Source: Emiliania huxleyi CCMP1516 (lineage: Eukaryota). From it: a stretch of DNA of 64,000 nucleotides. Below, piece by piece: positions 32,956 through 44,942 of the stretch; position 1 is the stretch's first letter, and each line of letters opens with the position of its first letter. The notes under the pieces were generated by a model. That model ran no database searches. It worked only from the letters and a program-made list of their open reading frames with translations, and was not told the origin of the DNA. Location of the stretch: the NCBI RefSeq assembly GCF_000372725.1, contig NW_005202237.1, forward strand, positions 186,001 to 250,000, given 5' to 3'. The translations under genes were made by a program, and so were the position numbers.

Positions 32956-33299
32956 CTCCCAGCTCTGCCCCGTCGTCGTCGCCCAGCGCCGCACCCTCCT
33001 CTTCTTCTTCTCCACCGTCGGCTCCCTCCTCCCCACCGCCCGCACCACCCTCCGCCCCGCCATCCCCCCCGCCTCCTCCGAGTTCTCCGCCGCCTCCCTC
33101 CCTCCCACCGCCTGCTCCGCCGCCTGCTCCCACTCCACCTCCACCTGCTCTGCCTCCCCCGAGCCTTCCTTCACCGAGCCCCCCCCCATCCAGCCAGCCA
33201 GCCCCGGTGTGCAAGTCATTCTGTGAGGACAAGACGCAGGCCTGGGATGACAAGTGCACCTGGGGGGGTTGCAACGGCTGCTCCGAGTGCCTGCCCTAA
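32956..33299 (+). CDS. Orphan terminal exon or fragment: Ser/Pro-rich stalk plus small 6-Cys module
   Basis: SPPP repeats followed by CKSFCEDKTQAWDDKCTWGGCNGCSECLP-stop, preceded by a pyrimidine tract and AG. No convincing upstream exon. Confidence 0.5.
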
Positions 33300-33567
33300 G
33301 CCCGCGACGGGAAACTCCCCGCGACGGGAAAACGCCCGCCCCCTGCCCGGCGCGGCCTTGGGGCTTGGGCGGCCCCGCCCCACAGTTGGCAGCGCCAAGG
33401 TAAGTGCCAAGGTTTTTATTTTTATGAATTGTCGCGCGCCGAGAGTCGAGAGAACCACGAGTTGACGACGCCTAGACGTGCATGTTACGGCAGGGGGGGC
33501 TAGGCCTAGCTTGTACACACCGACGACGGTGTACCATACGACCTCGAGGAACACTCGTACACAAACA

Positions 33568-34803
33568 TTACCCCTCGAGCGCCCCGATCGCCTCCGTCAC
33601 CGCGGCCACGAGCCGCGACGCCTCCCCCTCGCTGCGCGGCCCGTCCCTCCTCCACCTCGCCGCGTCGTGGTGCCTCGCCGCGTTCGCCCAGATGCGCAGC
33701 GAGTGCAGCTGGTTCCGCAGCTCGGCCGGCAAGCCGCACTGGCGGTGCCAAAAGTTGATGCGCTCCTCGAAGCCATCGGGCGCCGCCGCAGAGCGCGAGG
33801 CGTAAACAGCGTCGAGGCGCGGCATCAGCGTCTTGAAGGCGAGCAGCATGTTGTCCTGGATGCGCGCCTGCGCGTGCGCATGCCGCGCACCTGCACCGAG
33901 AGCGGCGAAGGCTCGTAGCCGGTGGTGCGAGCGGCTGCTGTGGCGGCCTCGTCTCGAGGTGCCAGCGCAGCCTCCTCCACCCCCGCCCCTCTCTGCGAGC
34001 CAGAGAGCATCGCCTGCAAAGTCGTGAGAGCCTCGGGCAGCGTCGGCCTCTTGCGCAGGCTGTTGTGGCAGAGGCTCTTCTGCCCGTCTCCCGCCTGCGC
34101 GAGGTCCTTGACAGCGCGAGCCGCGTCGGCTGGCCAGCCCGCAGCCACGTCGGCGAGCTTCGCCGCGTCGATGTCGGTCCAGTCCTCCTCGAACTCGTCC
34201 TCGCACCGGTCGGTGAGCTGCACCTCGGACCGGTTGGTGAGGCAGACGAGGAGGGTGATGCCGATGGCGTAGCCGTCCGTCTTGCTCGAGTACTCGCCCC
34301 CTTTGATGATCGAGGGGCAGAGGTAGCCCGTGGTCATGTAAAGGGCGGCAGTCGAGCGGCAGCGGATAGACGCGTCTGGCCGCTGGTCCTTGGCGAAGCC
34401 CGTGTCGGCGAGGACAGCGGTCAGCTTCTCGTCGAGCAGGATGTTGTCCGGCTTGACGTCGCGGTGCACGATGCCCTTGGAGTGGAGGTAGACGAGCGCC
34501 TCGGTCGCCTCGCAAACAATGCGAACGCGCTGCCGCCACGTCAGCGGCCTCGGCGCCTCCGCCATCCCCAGCCGCCGGAGCTGCGCAGCGCGGTCGGGAT
34601 CCGAGAGGCGCAGCCGCGCCTCTCGAGCGAGCCGCCGCGCATCAGCGGCGAGAGAAGGCAGACGCCGTCGGGCGAGAGGCAGTAGCCGAGCAGCGGCAGC
34701 AAGTGCGGGTGGCTCACCGCCTTGAGCAGCTTCACCTCGAGCTCCGCCCGCGACAAACCGCCGGACTGGCCCGACTTTGCCCGCTTGACGACGAGCGGCA
34801 AGT
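33568..34803 (-). pseudogene. RLK/Pelle(IRAK)-like protein kinase with C-terminal DUF4145/HEPN-like domain; 5'-truncated and frameshifted
   Basis: VVKR...EVKLL...HPHLLPLLGY...MRGGSL, LTWRQRVRI...ALVYLH, HRDVKPDNILL, DTGFAK, TTGYL and KTDGYAIG. A 2-bp GA insertion lies near 34620 and a second frame change near 33870. C-terminus contains LHSLRIWANAARH. Confidence 0.8.
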
Positions 34804-34805
34804 TG

Positions 34806-34880
34806 GGGGTGTGATGGTGTGATGGTGTGATGGAGGTGTGGGGGTGTGATGGTGTGATGGTGTGAGGTGTGATGGTGTCA
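34806..34880. repeat. (GATGGTGT)n minisatellite
   Basis: Direct inspection. It lies between the kinase fragment and the retroelement fragment. Confidence 0.85.
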
Positions 34881-35290
34881 TGCGGGTACAAGGACGCCCC
34901 GGGGGCAAAGACGAAATCAGCGAGGTCAAACTTTGGACCCCCCTCCGGGGTGGCTTGCCCGTTGGGGTCGGCCGCACCGCCACCGGAGGCAACCCCGGCT
35001 CCGTTGGAGACAAGTTCGCCTTCGGCAACACCGAAGAGCGCGCCCGCCTTGCAAACATGGGCTGCAAGCAACGGGGTTCCGTGGTCAACGGGCGTTCGAC
35101 CACACCACCGGCCAAGGCTACGTCAAGTCACAGCGTGGCCACTACCATGATGGGATCTTCACCAAACGAAACAAGTTCAACCTGCTTCTCCACGAGACAT
35201 TCGGCGGCGGCTTCTCGCCGCCTGCAGTTGCAAAGATCAACCGCCTTGCGCGCAAGGCTCAAGCCTCAACGCTCGGGCGTTGACCGCACC
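34880..35290 (+). mobile_element. Degenerate non-LTR retrotransposon 3' fragment (restriction-like endonuclease region)
   Basis: Across frameshifts: EVKLW...FAFGNTEE...GCKQRG / FDHTTGQGYV...GHYHDG...LLLHETFGG...INRL, resembling algal RLE-clade C-termini (recognised from memory). Confidence 0.5.
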
Positions 35291-35575
35291 GCGATCCGCG
35301 TACGCCGTACGGTAAAGTACCCTCCCCCACTCCCGCCTCTCATTTGTGTCACACCACCCTCTCCCTTTAGTTTTGCCAAAAGTCTTTAAAGCCTTTTCTC
35401 CCAGGGGGTAAGCTAAAAGTACGTACACAAGAGAGAGAGCGTACACAACGAGGGTGTGTGCCGCAGCCGGGCAAACGCGTGAGCGTTTTCTTTCTTTTGC
35501 ACCGCGCAGGCGGACACGCCGCATCCTCTCCCCACCCGTCCTCCGAATCCCGCCACACCACTCAAAGATCCGCCA

Positions 35576-37311
35576 TCACGAGTACCCATGGCCGTGCGAG
35601 TACTGCTCTCGCCGCTCTCGCTCCCGCTCCCGCCGCCGCCGCTCGGCCTCCTCCAGCCGCTGCGTCATGTCGATCGCGGTGGCGAACGCGTAGAGGAGGA
35701 GCGGCGACGTGCCCTTTGCCAGGCTCAGCCGGTGCACGTCTGCGCTCGAGTCGACCAGCAGCGCCTGAGCGGCGGCGGCGGCGGCGGCGGCGGGGTGTGT
35801 GTGCGTCGCCTCTCTCTCTCCCCCTCCCTCCCTCCCTCTCTCCCTCCCTCTGCCTCTGCCTCTGCCTCTGCCTCTGCCTTTCCCTCTCCCTCTCCCTCTC
35901 TTTCCCTCCCTCTCCCTCTCTCTCCCCCTCTTCCCCCCCCCCCCCCCCCTGTTTCTAGCGCCTCTGCGCCGAGGTAGTACTCCGCCTCGTATGTCGCGAG
36001 CACGTCGTCGTCGCCAGCAAAGGGCGGGAGCCACAGCGTCCCTACAAAGTGAGTACGCCAACATCAGGGCGGGAAGCGAATACAGAGGATGCAGCTGAAT
36101 ACGGCCGAATCCGTGTCCTCTCGGGTGCTAGCTGGAAGACCTTAAGGTGCAAGAATGCGTGTATTCTGCCTCTAGGACAGGTGGCCCCACGGGTCTGGCG
36201 TGGCGCCGTCGCGGATCAGCACGAGCTGCTTGAGCAGGAGTGGGACCTGCGGGGAGATCTGGGGAGATCTGGGGAGATCTGGGGAGATCTGGCGAGATGT
36301 GCTTGAGCAGGAGTGGGACCTGCGGGGAGATCTGGGGAGATCTGGGGAGATCTGGCGAGATGTGCTTGAGCAGGAGTGGGACCTGCGGGGAGATCTGGAA
36401 AGGGCTGGGGAGATCTGGGGAGATGTGTTTGAGCTGGGACCTGCGGGGAGAGTTGGAGGGTTGGAGGCGGCCAGGGTGGTGGTGGCCTGCTGGGCAGAGG
36501 TGGTGGCACGGTAGAGCAGCGGCCACCCGCCCCACTCCCGCCACTCGCGCTCGTTGGCCGCCGAGCCGTTCGAGACCTGCATCTCGTACTGCGGGAAGCC
36601 GGGGAAGCTCAGCCGCTCGCGCACCATGCCAAACGGGTGCAGGCGCCGGCCGCCGCCGAACCAGTCGCTCGTGCTCGCGCGATGCGCAGGCCACAGTGGC
36701 TCGAAGGAGTAGAGCTGCCAGACGTACGCCATCGTGGCGGACTCGAGCGCAATGGACGCCGCCTCGGCCACGCTTCCGGCACCGGCGGAGCCAGCTGCGT
36801 CGAGGAAGCCCTCGCCGGCCGCCCAGGGGACACGCCGCATGAGCAGCAGATCCCGCCCTGCTGCGTCGCTCAACACCACCGACTGGAGCGGAGCCCACCA
36901 GCGCCCAGACACGCGGTAGAGCAGCGGCGGCTCCGAGCCGGGCGACGCGGCCCCGTGCATTGAGCCCATGTTGGCAGACAGGCAGTTTGGGTCGCCAGAG
37001 TCGAGCAGACAGATGAGCGGTATGTCCCGCCGCACGACGGTCTCTGTCGCTCGCGTCGTTATGGCCCTGTCCGGAGATCTCCACGCCTCAAGAGCGCCGT
37101 CGTGACCATGCAGGACGCTCGAAGCCGGCAAGTTTGTGCAGAAGCGGCTCAGGCCGAGAGAGCTGGACGCCCAGCCAAGCGCTTCACAGGGCGCCCAACT
37201 GACGCGCGCGGGGCGATGCCTGACCGCGGCGAGAAAAGGCAAGATGGAGACCGCGCAGAGTAGACCGGCGAGTCTGAGCGGGCCGGCGCGAGGAGTTCTT
37301 GCTGTCTCCAT
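35576..37311 (-). CDS. Tubby-C2/LURP-one/scramblase-like beta-barrel protein with N-terminal hydrophobic anchor; multi-exon
   Basis: LYRVSGRWW...VVLSDAAGRDLLLMRR and WQLYSFEP. Last exon ...ADVHRLSLAKGTSPLLLYAFATAID resembles the LURP-like terminal helix. Confidence 0.55.
36226..36450. repeat. Intronic compound repeat: (GGGGAGATCT)n plus 3-4 copies of the splice acceptor/exon start
   Basis: gcttgagcaggagtgggacctgcgggg occurs at ~36228, ~36301 and ~36364, with a partial copy at ~36430. Confidence 0.9.
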
Positions 37312-37424
37312 TTTTGGGAGCCTTCGTCGACGAAATTCAGCTGGGTTTTCTTCTGAGAAAAAATAAGAGCGCTCCCGCGGCGATCAACACCGCAACTCCT
37401 TTTCTAAATCGTCTTCGCCGCCGG

Positions 37425-38000
37425 CTACGCGCACAGACACAGTACGCGCACAGACACAGTACGCGGCAGCGCCGACACGTCAACCCGCGTGTACGTCAGC
37501 GACGGGTCCCGCACGCCGCACGAGGCGCATGCGTGCAGCGGCAGCGCGTGCGCCATGCGCTCGTCGCTCCACTCGCCCAGCAGCCGCCGCTTCGTCTCGT
37601 CGGAGACGTGCACGCAGCGCTGCAGCAGCGCCGCCGTCTCGTCCTCGGGCCGCTCCAGGTCCATGACGACGTTCGTCGAGGCGTGGAAGCGCGTCTCCAG
37701 GTCGATGGCCGCCTGCTCGGCCGCGGCGAGCTTGCCCTGGTCGACGCACATGCCGCACACCGCGTGCGCCGGGCAGCCACACTGGCCGCGTTGTGGGCGC
37801 ACGGTCTTGGCGACCGCCGGCGCTGCGCGCCGGTCGTGCTGCTCACGCTGCCGGCGGCGCTGGTCGCGCGCCTGCCGATCGCGCGTGTTCGCGGCGGCTG
37901 CATCTCCTGCTCGTTTCGCTCGCACCCGAGCGGCTGTCGCCAGGCGCTTCAGGTCGGCGGTGCTGCGCGCGCGGCCGTCGGCCAGGCACAGCCACATGTC
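37425..38000 (-). mobile_element. Possible Helitron RepHel N-terminal fragment
   Basis: ETKRRLLGEWSDERMAHALPLHACASCGVRD with CxxC pairs resembles the region upstream of the Rep domain. It is truncated and has no Rep or helicase motifs. Confidence 0.35.
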
Positions 38001-38558
38001 CTCCTCCTTAGTTAGCAGGCTCGCACGGCTTGCCGTCGAACTGCGGCTGGCGCCCGCGACGATGCTTCGCCCAGGCCGGGCACGATGGTGCCGCGACGAG
38101 CGGCGTCGAGGCGACGGCCATCGATGGGTCCAGAAGACTTGGAGACACTTCTCGACCAAAAAATCAAAAAAATCGAGCACAATTGCGTTACATGGGCATG
38201 GCCGGGGTTTCTGCACCGAACGATCTTACTTTCGGTCTATCGAAAGTGTTGATCAATAAAATAGGTGGCTGGCCACTGGACACAGATCGAGGCCGAAATA
38301 AATCGGGGCACTCCAAGTGCTCCAAGATCGGAGAAGAAATTTGTGGGAACGAAGGTAAAAAACAAAAAAACGCATCGCTTCTATGATTTTATTTTTGAAC
38401 CTGCTCTCCATTGGTTCCTAGCGTATTTCAATGTTGTCGTGACCTGTGAGCTGTGTACCTTGTGCTGACCTGTGATGTGTGAGCTGTGACCACAGCGGCA
38501 CCGCGGCACCAGACCACCAGCCATAGGGGCAGCAGTTTTGTTCGTTCACACCGTTTCC

Positions 38559-39389
38559 TTATTTCACGCCCCGGGGGTTTTGCACTGAGGTTCCCTTGCG
38601 ATATCCAGTGAGCGCCTCGCTCGTGTACACGGTGCGCCAGCCGGCGAGTATGGTTGACATAGCGAATGCCTTGTCCTCTCCCACTTTCTTGTCCTTGCGC
38701 TGCCTGATCGAATTCATCACCTCCGCACGGACGGTCGCGTGGCCATAGTGCACCGGCCCGGTTGTCTTCCAACTGGGATGATCAAAGCGGGCGTCGCCGC
38801 GCCTCTCGGAGTCGGCCGTCCTCGCGATCGCCACGTAAACACTGGGCGGTGTCACCACGAAAGGCGCTCGTGCGGGCCAGCGCGGCTGCTGGTCCGTGAA
38901 GGGTACGTAGGAGTGAAGACCCAGGTCGGCGTGGTGTTCATCGAGCAGTGACAGCATGCGTGCAATGCCCGCTGGGTGCATCACATCGTCAGCGTCAAGG
39001 AAGGTGACGAAGGTTGCGTTGCCACACGCGCTCGCACCGCGATTGCGGTTGGCGCCGCGTGTCCAGCCGGTCTCAGAAGAGCACACGATGAGTTCGCCAT
39101 GGCTGAGCCGCTTGTGTAGCACATTGCACTGGTGCGGTTTTACGTGTGATGAGACGACCACGATCTGGTCAGGTGGGCGTGTCTGTTCCCGCAGCGACAG
39201 CAGTGCACGCGGTAGTAACCTCCAGTGCGCAGGCACCGATGGCACGACAGCGCAGACGGTGGGCTCCAGGACGGTCGTCGAGTTGGCCACGTCCGAGCCA
39301 AGGGCGTGCCCCGCGAGAATCCCGGGGTCGCCCCGCACCGCCGCGGCCGGGAGGAGGAGGGGGAGAAGGGAGAGGTGTAGGGAAGCCAT
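38559..39389 (-). CDS. Glycosyltransferase family 2 (GT-A fold) with signal peptide
   Basis: RALLSLREQTRPPDQIVVV, GANRNRG, FVTFLDADD (DxD) and GEDKAF. N-terminus MASLHLSLLPLLLPAAA. Confidence 0.85.
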   Translation of the reverse strand: MASLHLSLLPLLLPAAAVRGDPGILAGHALGSDVANSTTVLEPTVCAVVPSVPAHWRLLPRALLSLREQTRPPDQIVVVSSHVKPHQCNVLHKRLSHGELIVCSSETGWTRGANRNRGASACGNATFVTFLDADDVMHPAGIARMLSLLDEHHADLGLHSYVPFTDQQPRWPARAPFVVTPPSVYVAIARTADSERRGDARFDHPSWKTTGPVHYGHATVRAEVMNSIRQRKDKKVGEDKAFAMSTILAGWRTVYTSEALTGYRKGTSVQNPRGVK

Positions 39390-39916
39390 ACAAGCACCAC
39401 CCGACCGGGATCTGCGCGGTAATTTTTGCTGGGGGCGGATGTCATGCGGGGTAGGTAGGGTATGCACGTATCGTCGTCGTCGTCTCTAGCCAGTCACTCA
39501 AACTCTCAGAGATGGGCTAAAGAGGATCCGGTACTTGGATGCCCAGTCCGGACCGCGCCCGCCAGGTTTCTACCAAGGGAGGGATGGATGCCTCTTTCGG
39601 AATGATTGATGCATTCGGGTTGCCTCAATACCGCTTCCTAGATCGCACACCCGTTTGACGAGGAGAGGGTGGTAATGGTGGGAAGTTGAGTTCTCTTCGC
39701 TGTTTACGTTGCGTCTCGGACGCGGTTTACGTTGTGACAATGAGTCACGATCCCTCCTCACGGTGGGTTGGGTTTGTCGGTTCCTCTCCTCGCGTTGTCG
39801 GATAACCTTGAGATCCCTCTATCACGTAGCGTCACATCAAGTCGTAGACCCCTCCCTCCCTCCCACCGCACCCCCCTCCCTCCCACCCAACCCACCTCTC
39901 ACCAACACAAACAACA

Positions 39917-41405
39917 CTGAGGGAGGGTGTAGAGGATGTAGAGTGTAGAGCGCTGTAGAGCTGTAGAGCTGTAGAGCTGTAGAGCGCTGTAGAGCTGTAG
40001 AGCTCTACATCCGCCGCGGGACGAACTGCGTGCGTTGTAGAGCGATGTAGAGGCGCTCTACAACGTGAAATCTCTGCATGTCGTCGCACCATCCCATCTC
40101 CGTGTACGTCTTCGTCCACAATTGAACCGCGTTGCGAAGGCGCTGACAAGTCACCTCCTCCCTATAAGACATCGGCCTCGGCCCGAGAATCACCGTCACG
40201 GCTCTTCGACGTCTCGCCCTGCTCCGACGCCTCGTCGTGGACGACGCGGCCATGCCTCGACCGGCTACACCCACAGCTCCATCCTCGTCACCTCGCTCGC
40301 GACGCTCTCTCTCCACCAACGGCCTCAATGTACTGCTCAGATCGCTAGTCGCCGGCAGGACGACGCCCGAATGCGGCGCCTCGCCAGCCTCGTCGCTCCT
40401 GACGGCGCCATCCGTGTCTTCCGGCGGAGGCATCGCGTTTTGAGCCACAACGGACTGCGCGCTCCGCTTTTCGAACCACCAAAACTCGCCGACCCAGGTC
40501 CAGGTCCAGGTCCAGGTCCAACAAGTTTGCGCCCGGCCCTCTAGCGCCGCGCGCTGGCCCCGGCTGCGTCCCCGCGTGGCCTGCCCGATGGCGTGGTGCC
40601 CGCCCTCCACCCACCTCCCCGCGCGGGGCCGCTCCGGGGCGACCCGGGCGCCCTCCGACCAAACTGTCACACTACTATCATACTAACAACAAACTCTACA
40701 TCAAAAGCGGCGAACGAGGCACGGAACCGCACGGTCGCTCTCCGACATGAGGCGCGTTGCACTTGCCAGTGCTGCCCTGGCCTTCTGTCTGCCCGCCCAA
40801 TGGGTGGCAGGTGCCTCTGCTGCTTTGGCATGCCTCACGGCTGCGACTGGCCGGCGCCTCGGCGCGTCAGCTCGGCTCGGCGTAGCGATAGTGGCCAGCG
40901 CAACTCACCTGGACTCAACGCTCAGCCAGGAGCTCCCGCACGCGCTGGCGCGAGGCATGGCGCATGCAACGCGCAGCAATGCTCGCCTCGCCTCGCGCAA
41001 ATGCGACCGTCCTCGCAGCCGACAGTCCACCGCCTGCTAAAGAAGCACAGCGACGAATGCGGCACCGGCGACGCATGGCAGGCTGGTCATGACGCAGTTA
41101 TAGGGTGTTGTGTGCCGTCAGAGTGACTCTCTGTGTGTCAGGGATAGTCAGGGCCGTCCATCAGAGCTCCAGTAAGCTCGGAGACACCCCAATTAGCGCG
41201 GCTCGACCTCTTTGAGTCACTGCCTTCCCGCGGTTTTGCTGTAGAGCCTCTACAACAAACTCTACAGCAAAATCGCGCTCTACAGCGCTCTACAACGCAC
41301 GCAGTTCGTCCCGCGCCGGATGTAGAGCTCTACAGCTCTACAGCGCTCTACAGCTCTACAGCTCTACAGCGCTCTACACTCTACATCCTCTACACCCTCC
41401 CTCAG
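39917..41405. mobile_element. Non-autonomous DNA transposon with ~135-bp terminal inverted repeats containing TGTAGAG sub-repeats
   Basis: CTGAGGGAGGGTGTAGAGGATGTAGAGTG...GGGACGAACTGCGTGCGTTGTAGAGCG from 39917 is mirrored in reverse complement at ~41277-41405. Confidence 0.9.
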
Positions 41406-41967
41406 AAACAAAACTCTCCCCCAACACACGAAGGTCCAGCGCATACACTACTCCGTCTCCAAAGACCCAAGTTCTCTGTCACAAATGGCTTGTACTTCTC
41501 AATTGCCCATGCGCCAAGGCCTGTGCGTGTCTATATGAGAGAGATTTTAGAAGTCAACAAGAATTTTGGCACTGACAGTCTCTCTCTCTATGTTGTCAGA
41601 CCTCATCACCATCAAAATTCGCTCTTTGCATCAATTGCCACGAAATTGTTGTGAAGACCGTACAACTCTATCCATTCGCTCTTCATAAGACATAACAACA
41701 GCGTTCATCAAACATCATCACTTCGGAGCTAGCATGCTAGCTGACATTATGTCATCGATCGACTCATCGTTGGAGCCCATCTGTCGTTCGAGTAGCGGCG
41801 AAGAAAAAACGAAAGAAGCACCGACCAAACCCCCTCCCTCCCTCCACGTAGGCCCTCCCCCACAGCCGCCTGTAACCAAATCCCGATAGGCCCAACACAT
41901 ACACATGCATGCAGGCACATTAGACTACATTGACATTGACATTGACATTTGACATTGACATTGTGTA

Positions 41968-43868
41968 ATGCACACGTTTACAATCATCTCGCTCCTGCTC
42001 GCCGCGTTGCTACCCGCCGCCAGCGCTATTCGCCGCAACGCGAAAGTTCGCCGCGTCGCCAGGATCGGGGTCGGAGCCACCATCACCGGCGTTGGCGGCC
42101 ACTCCGTCACGGAGGGTCTCGTCCCACTCGACATCTCGCTTGAGGTGCATGTCGAGACGGACGAGCTCGGTTTCGTGCTGCCGCACCCGGCCTCCGTTTG
42201 GGCCGACCCAGCCATGCGAGAGTGTCGCCATCTCCGCCACTTTGTGCCGTGGCAGCCGACCGACGAGCAGCTCCTTTCTCACGACCGCGGCCTCACGCTG
42301 CCCAACTCGGAGAGGCTCCGCACGACAGACTACCTCGGCAACGGGCGCTTCCGCATCCAATCGAGGTTCCGGTTTCGGCCAAACGTATCCGCGTACCCGT
42401 TTGAGACCGAGCGCTTCCGCTTCGAGCTGCAGCTGCGCGCAGCGCTTGCAGACAGGAGCGGAGAGGCTCTCGACGTGATGCTCTGCGCGATGCCTGAGTT
42501 CACCGCCCTCCATCCGCACGCCGACTGGCCCGGCACGACGAGCAACCGCCGCCTGGGGCTCGCGAGCGCCGTCCGACACGCCTGCGAGGCGCCCTTCGAG
42601 CGGACGGTGCCCGTCTGCCGCGAGCCGCCTTCCGAGGACATGAGGCTCGGCTGGCTGTCGGTCCCGCACGTCTTTCGGTACGACAAGAAGGGGGCGTGTG
42701 TGTGCGAGACGGTGCCCGGCTTCGACCCCGCGAGCGGACTCGACCTCGAGACGTGCGGCTGCATGGGCGGAGTGCGTGCCGCGAGCACCTTTGAGCTCTA
42801 CGTGGAGGTGAGCTCACTACTTAGCTAGCTCACTACTTCGCTCACTACTTCGCTCACTACTTAGCTCACTCTGCTCTTGCCACCGCCTCCTCCCCAGTGC
42901 TGCCTGTGAGCCCCGCTGCCTCTCCTGCGCTGCCTCTCCATCACGCCTTCCCGTCCCGCACGCTCCTCTCCCCCCGCACCTCTGCCCGCCCACCCTCCGA
43001 CCCCCCGACCCAACCCCCAACCCACCCCTCGACCCACCCACCCCCTCCCCTCCCGCACGCGTGTGCGAGGCGCGCGCGAGTCGCGTCGGCGCCTTCCAGT
43101 CGGAGGTCCTCGTCCCGTTCCTCATCGTCCTCGTCGCGCACACCAGCTACATCATCACGCCCCTGTGGCTGGAGACGCGCGCGCCTGCCCTCCCCAGCGA
43201 GGCTTCCCCTGGTGTGAGTCCCCTTGAGGCACCCGGGAGCCTCTCCCAGGCGCTTCAACCTGCTCAACTCTGCGCTGATCGCGCTCGTGCTATACCACTC
43301 GGCGCTGATGACGCGCTCCAAGCGAAACATCGTCTCGGTCGCGACCAAGTACGACCTCTTCCTCCTCCTCTCCTTCGGCGCCATCCTCGTCTCCTACGCG
43401 CTCACGCTCTGGATGATGCAGCTGCAACACTGCGAGAGGCAGAAGCAGCTCTGCCAGCGCCTCTACTACTCCACGCGCCACACGGCCAGCACCGTCTCTC
43501 TCTTCCTCTACCTGCTGCTGACGTGGATGTGCGGCCCGCGCGACGGACAGGTCCTCTTCACCACCTTTGTCTTCACCGGCGCGTTCTGCGCACTCGTCGC
43601 ACTTGGAAACCGCTGCGGCGTCGCCGGCCGCATCTGCGCGCGCCTCGACGCCAGCGTCGACCCCCCGAGCGACCCTGCCCCTCGGCCGCACGGCCCCACC
43701 GCAAAGAGCCGCGAGCTCGCCAACCTGCTCAGGCGCTCCAAGGCGAGAGGGCGGCCCGCAGGCGGCCCGGCAGCTGGGCCGGGGGCGGGGGCGCGTGGCG
43801 AGCCCCTCCGCCTCGCGACGAGGGCCCCGCCGGTGGTGGACCCCGCCCCCTCCTTCGCGCTCTACTGA
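41968..43868 (+). CDS. Pentameric ligand-gated ion channel-like protein (Pro-loop, no Cys-loop disulfide); 3 exons
   Basis: Signal peptide, YPFETERFRFEL Pro-loop motif and intron 42808-43069. TM helices VLVPFLIVLVAH, RFNLLNSALIALV, KYDLFLLLSF and VSLFLYLLL. Confidence 0.65.
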
Positions 43869-44131
43869 GCGCGCTAGGCGTTCGGAGAAGGTTTAGACTT
43901 TAGTTAGCCGCGCGTTTTCTTTCTCGTTCTGTGCCACTTGTGTGGTCTGCTTGTGGTAGGTAGGTAAACAAAGAAAGAAACGAAATGGATTGAACATTGG
44001 CGAGAGGAATTCTTTCCTTGGTAAAATTCTTTCCTGCGCGAGGGACTGCCTGTAAAAGAAAGAAAGAAAACAGACAACCCAAGGGTACTCAGGTAAAATT
44101 CTTTTGTTCGCGCCCCGGCGGCGAAAGGCGC

Positions 44132-44942
44132 ATGGCGGGGTGGCAGCGCCTCCTCGACGACGGACGCTCGAGGTGGGCGGAGACCTTTGCCGAGTCGCTC
44201 GCAGTCGTGCGCGGCATCGCCGCACAGCCGCCTCCGAGTGCTGCTGGCTCCGTCTACGAGCTCCTCGGGCCGGGCGTATCTCTGGCCGACGCCGACTTTG
44301 CCGCAGAGATAGCGGACGCCGAGGCGCGCGAGGCGGCTCAGCGCGCGGCTCTCGTCCCGAAGCTCGAGCGCCTGGTCGAGGAGCACGAGAGGCAGCTGCA
44401 GAGCATGTACGCAGCGGTGCAAGCATCGCGTGCGAGCGTCCGGGGCTTGGGCGCCGCCGTCGCCGTCGACCGCGGTCCGCTTGGCCTCAGCTGCTCTGCC
44501 GCCGACCAGAGCGCTGCGGCAGCAGCAACGGTGGAGGTGCGGCTTTGCCCCGTGTCACGCCCGCTGTGCCTCCCCTCCAGCTCCGCCGCCTCGCAGCTCG
44601 TAAGCCCGGCCCTGCGGTTGCAGCCTCCAACGCCCAGCCACGGCCTCCCGCCTGTGGTGCCAGGCGTACGAGCTCGAGTTTCAGCTCAAGGCGGCGGCGC
44701 TGGTGCGGCTGACAAAGCTAACAGGGCGCGCGGGCGGCCGGGCCGGCGGCAGCGAGGACGCTGCAGAGGCCAACGCGCTGGTCACATCGTGGGAGGCGCA
44801 GCCGATGCTGCAGCCTGCAGAGAGTATCGACATGGCGCTGGAGGAGCAGAGAGAGCTCGAGCGCGCTGCGAGCGTTGCGGCGGAGGGCTCCGGCGGCGCG
44901 CAACATTCAGAGGAGGCCACGTCTCCGGTGCGAGATGGATAA
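44132..44942 (+). CDS. CINP-like (CDK2-interacting protein-like) coiled-coil protein; 2 exons
   Basis: GT-AG intron at 44537-44663. The spliced C-terminus YELEFQLK...LVTSWEAQPML matches the CINP YxxExxLK...SxWxxQP pattern. Confidence 0.5.
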
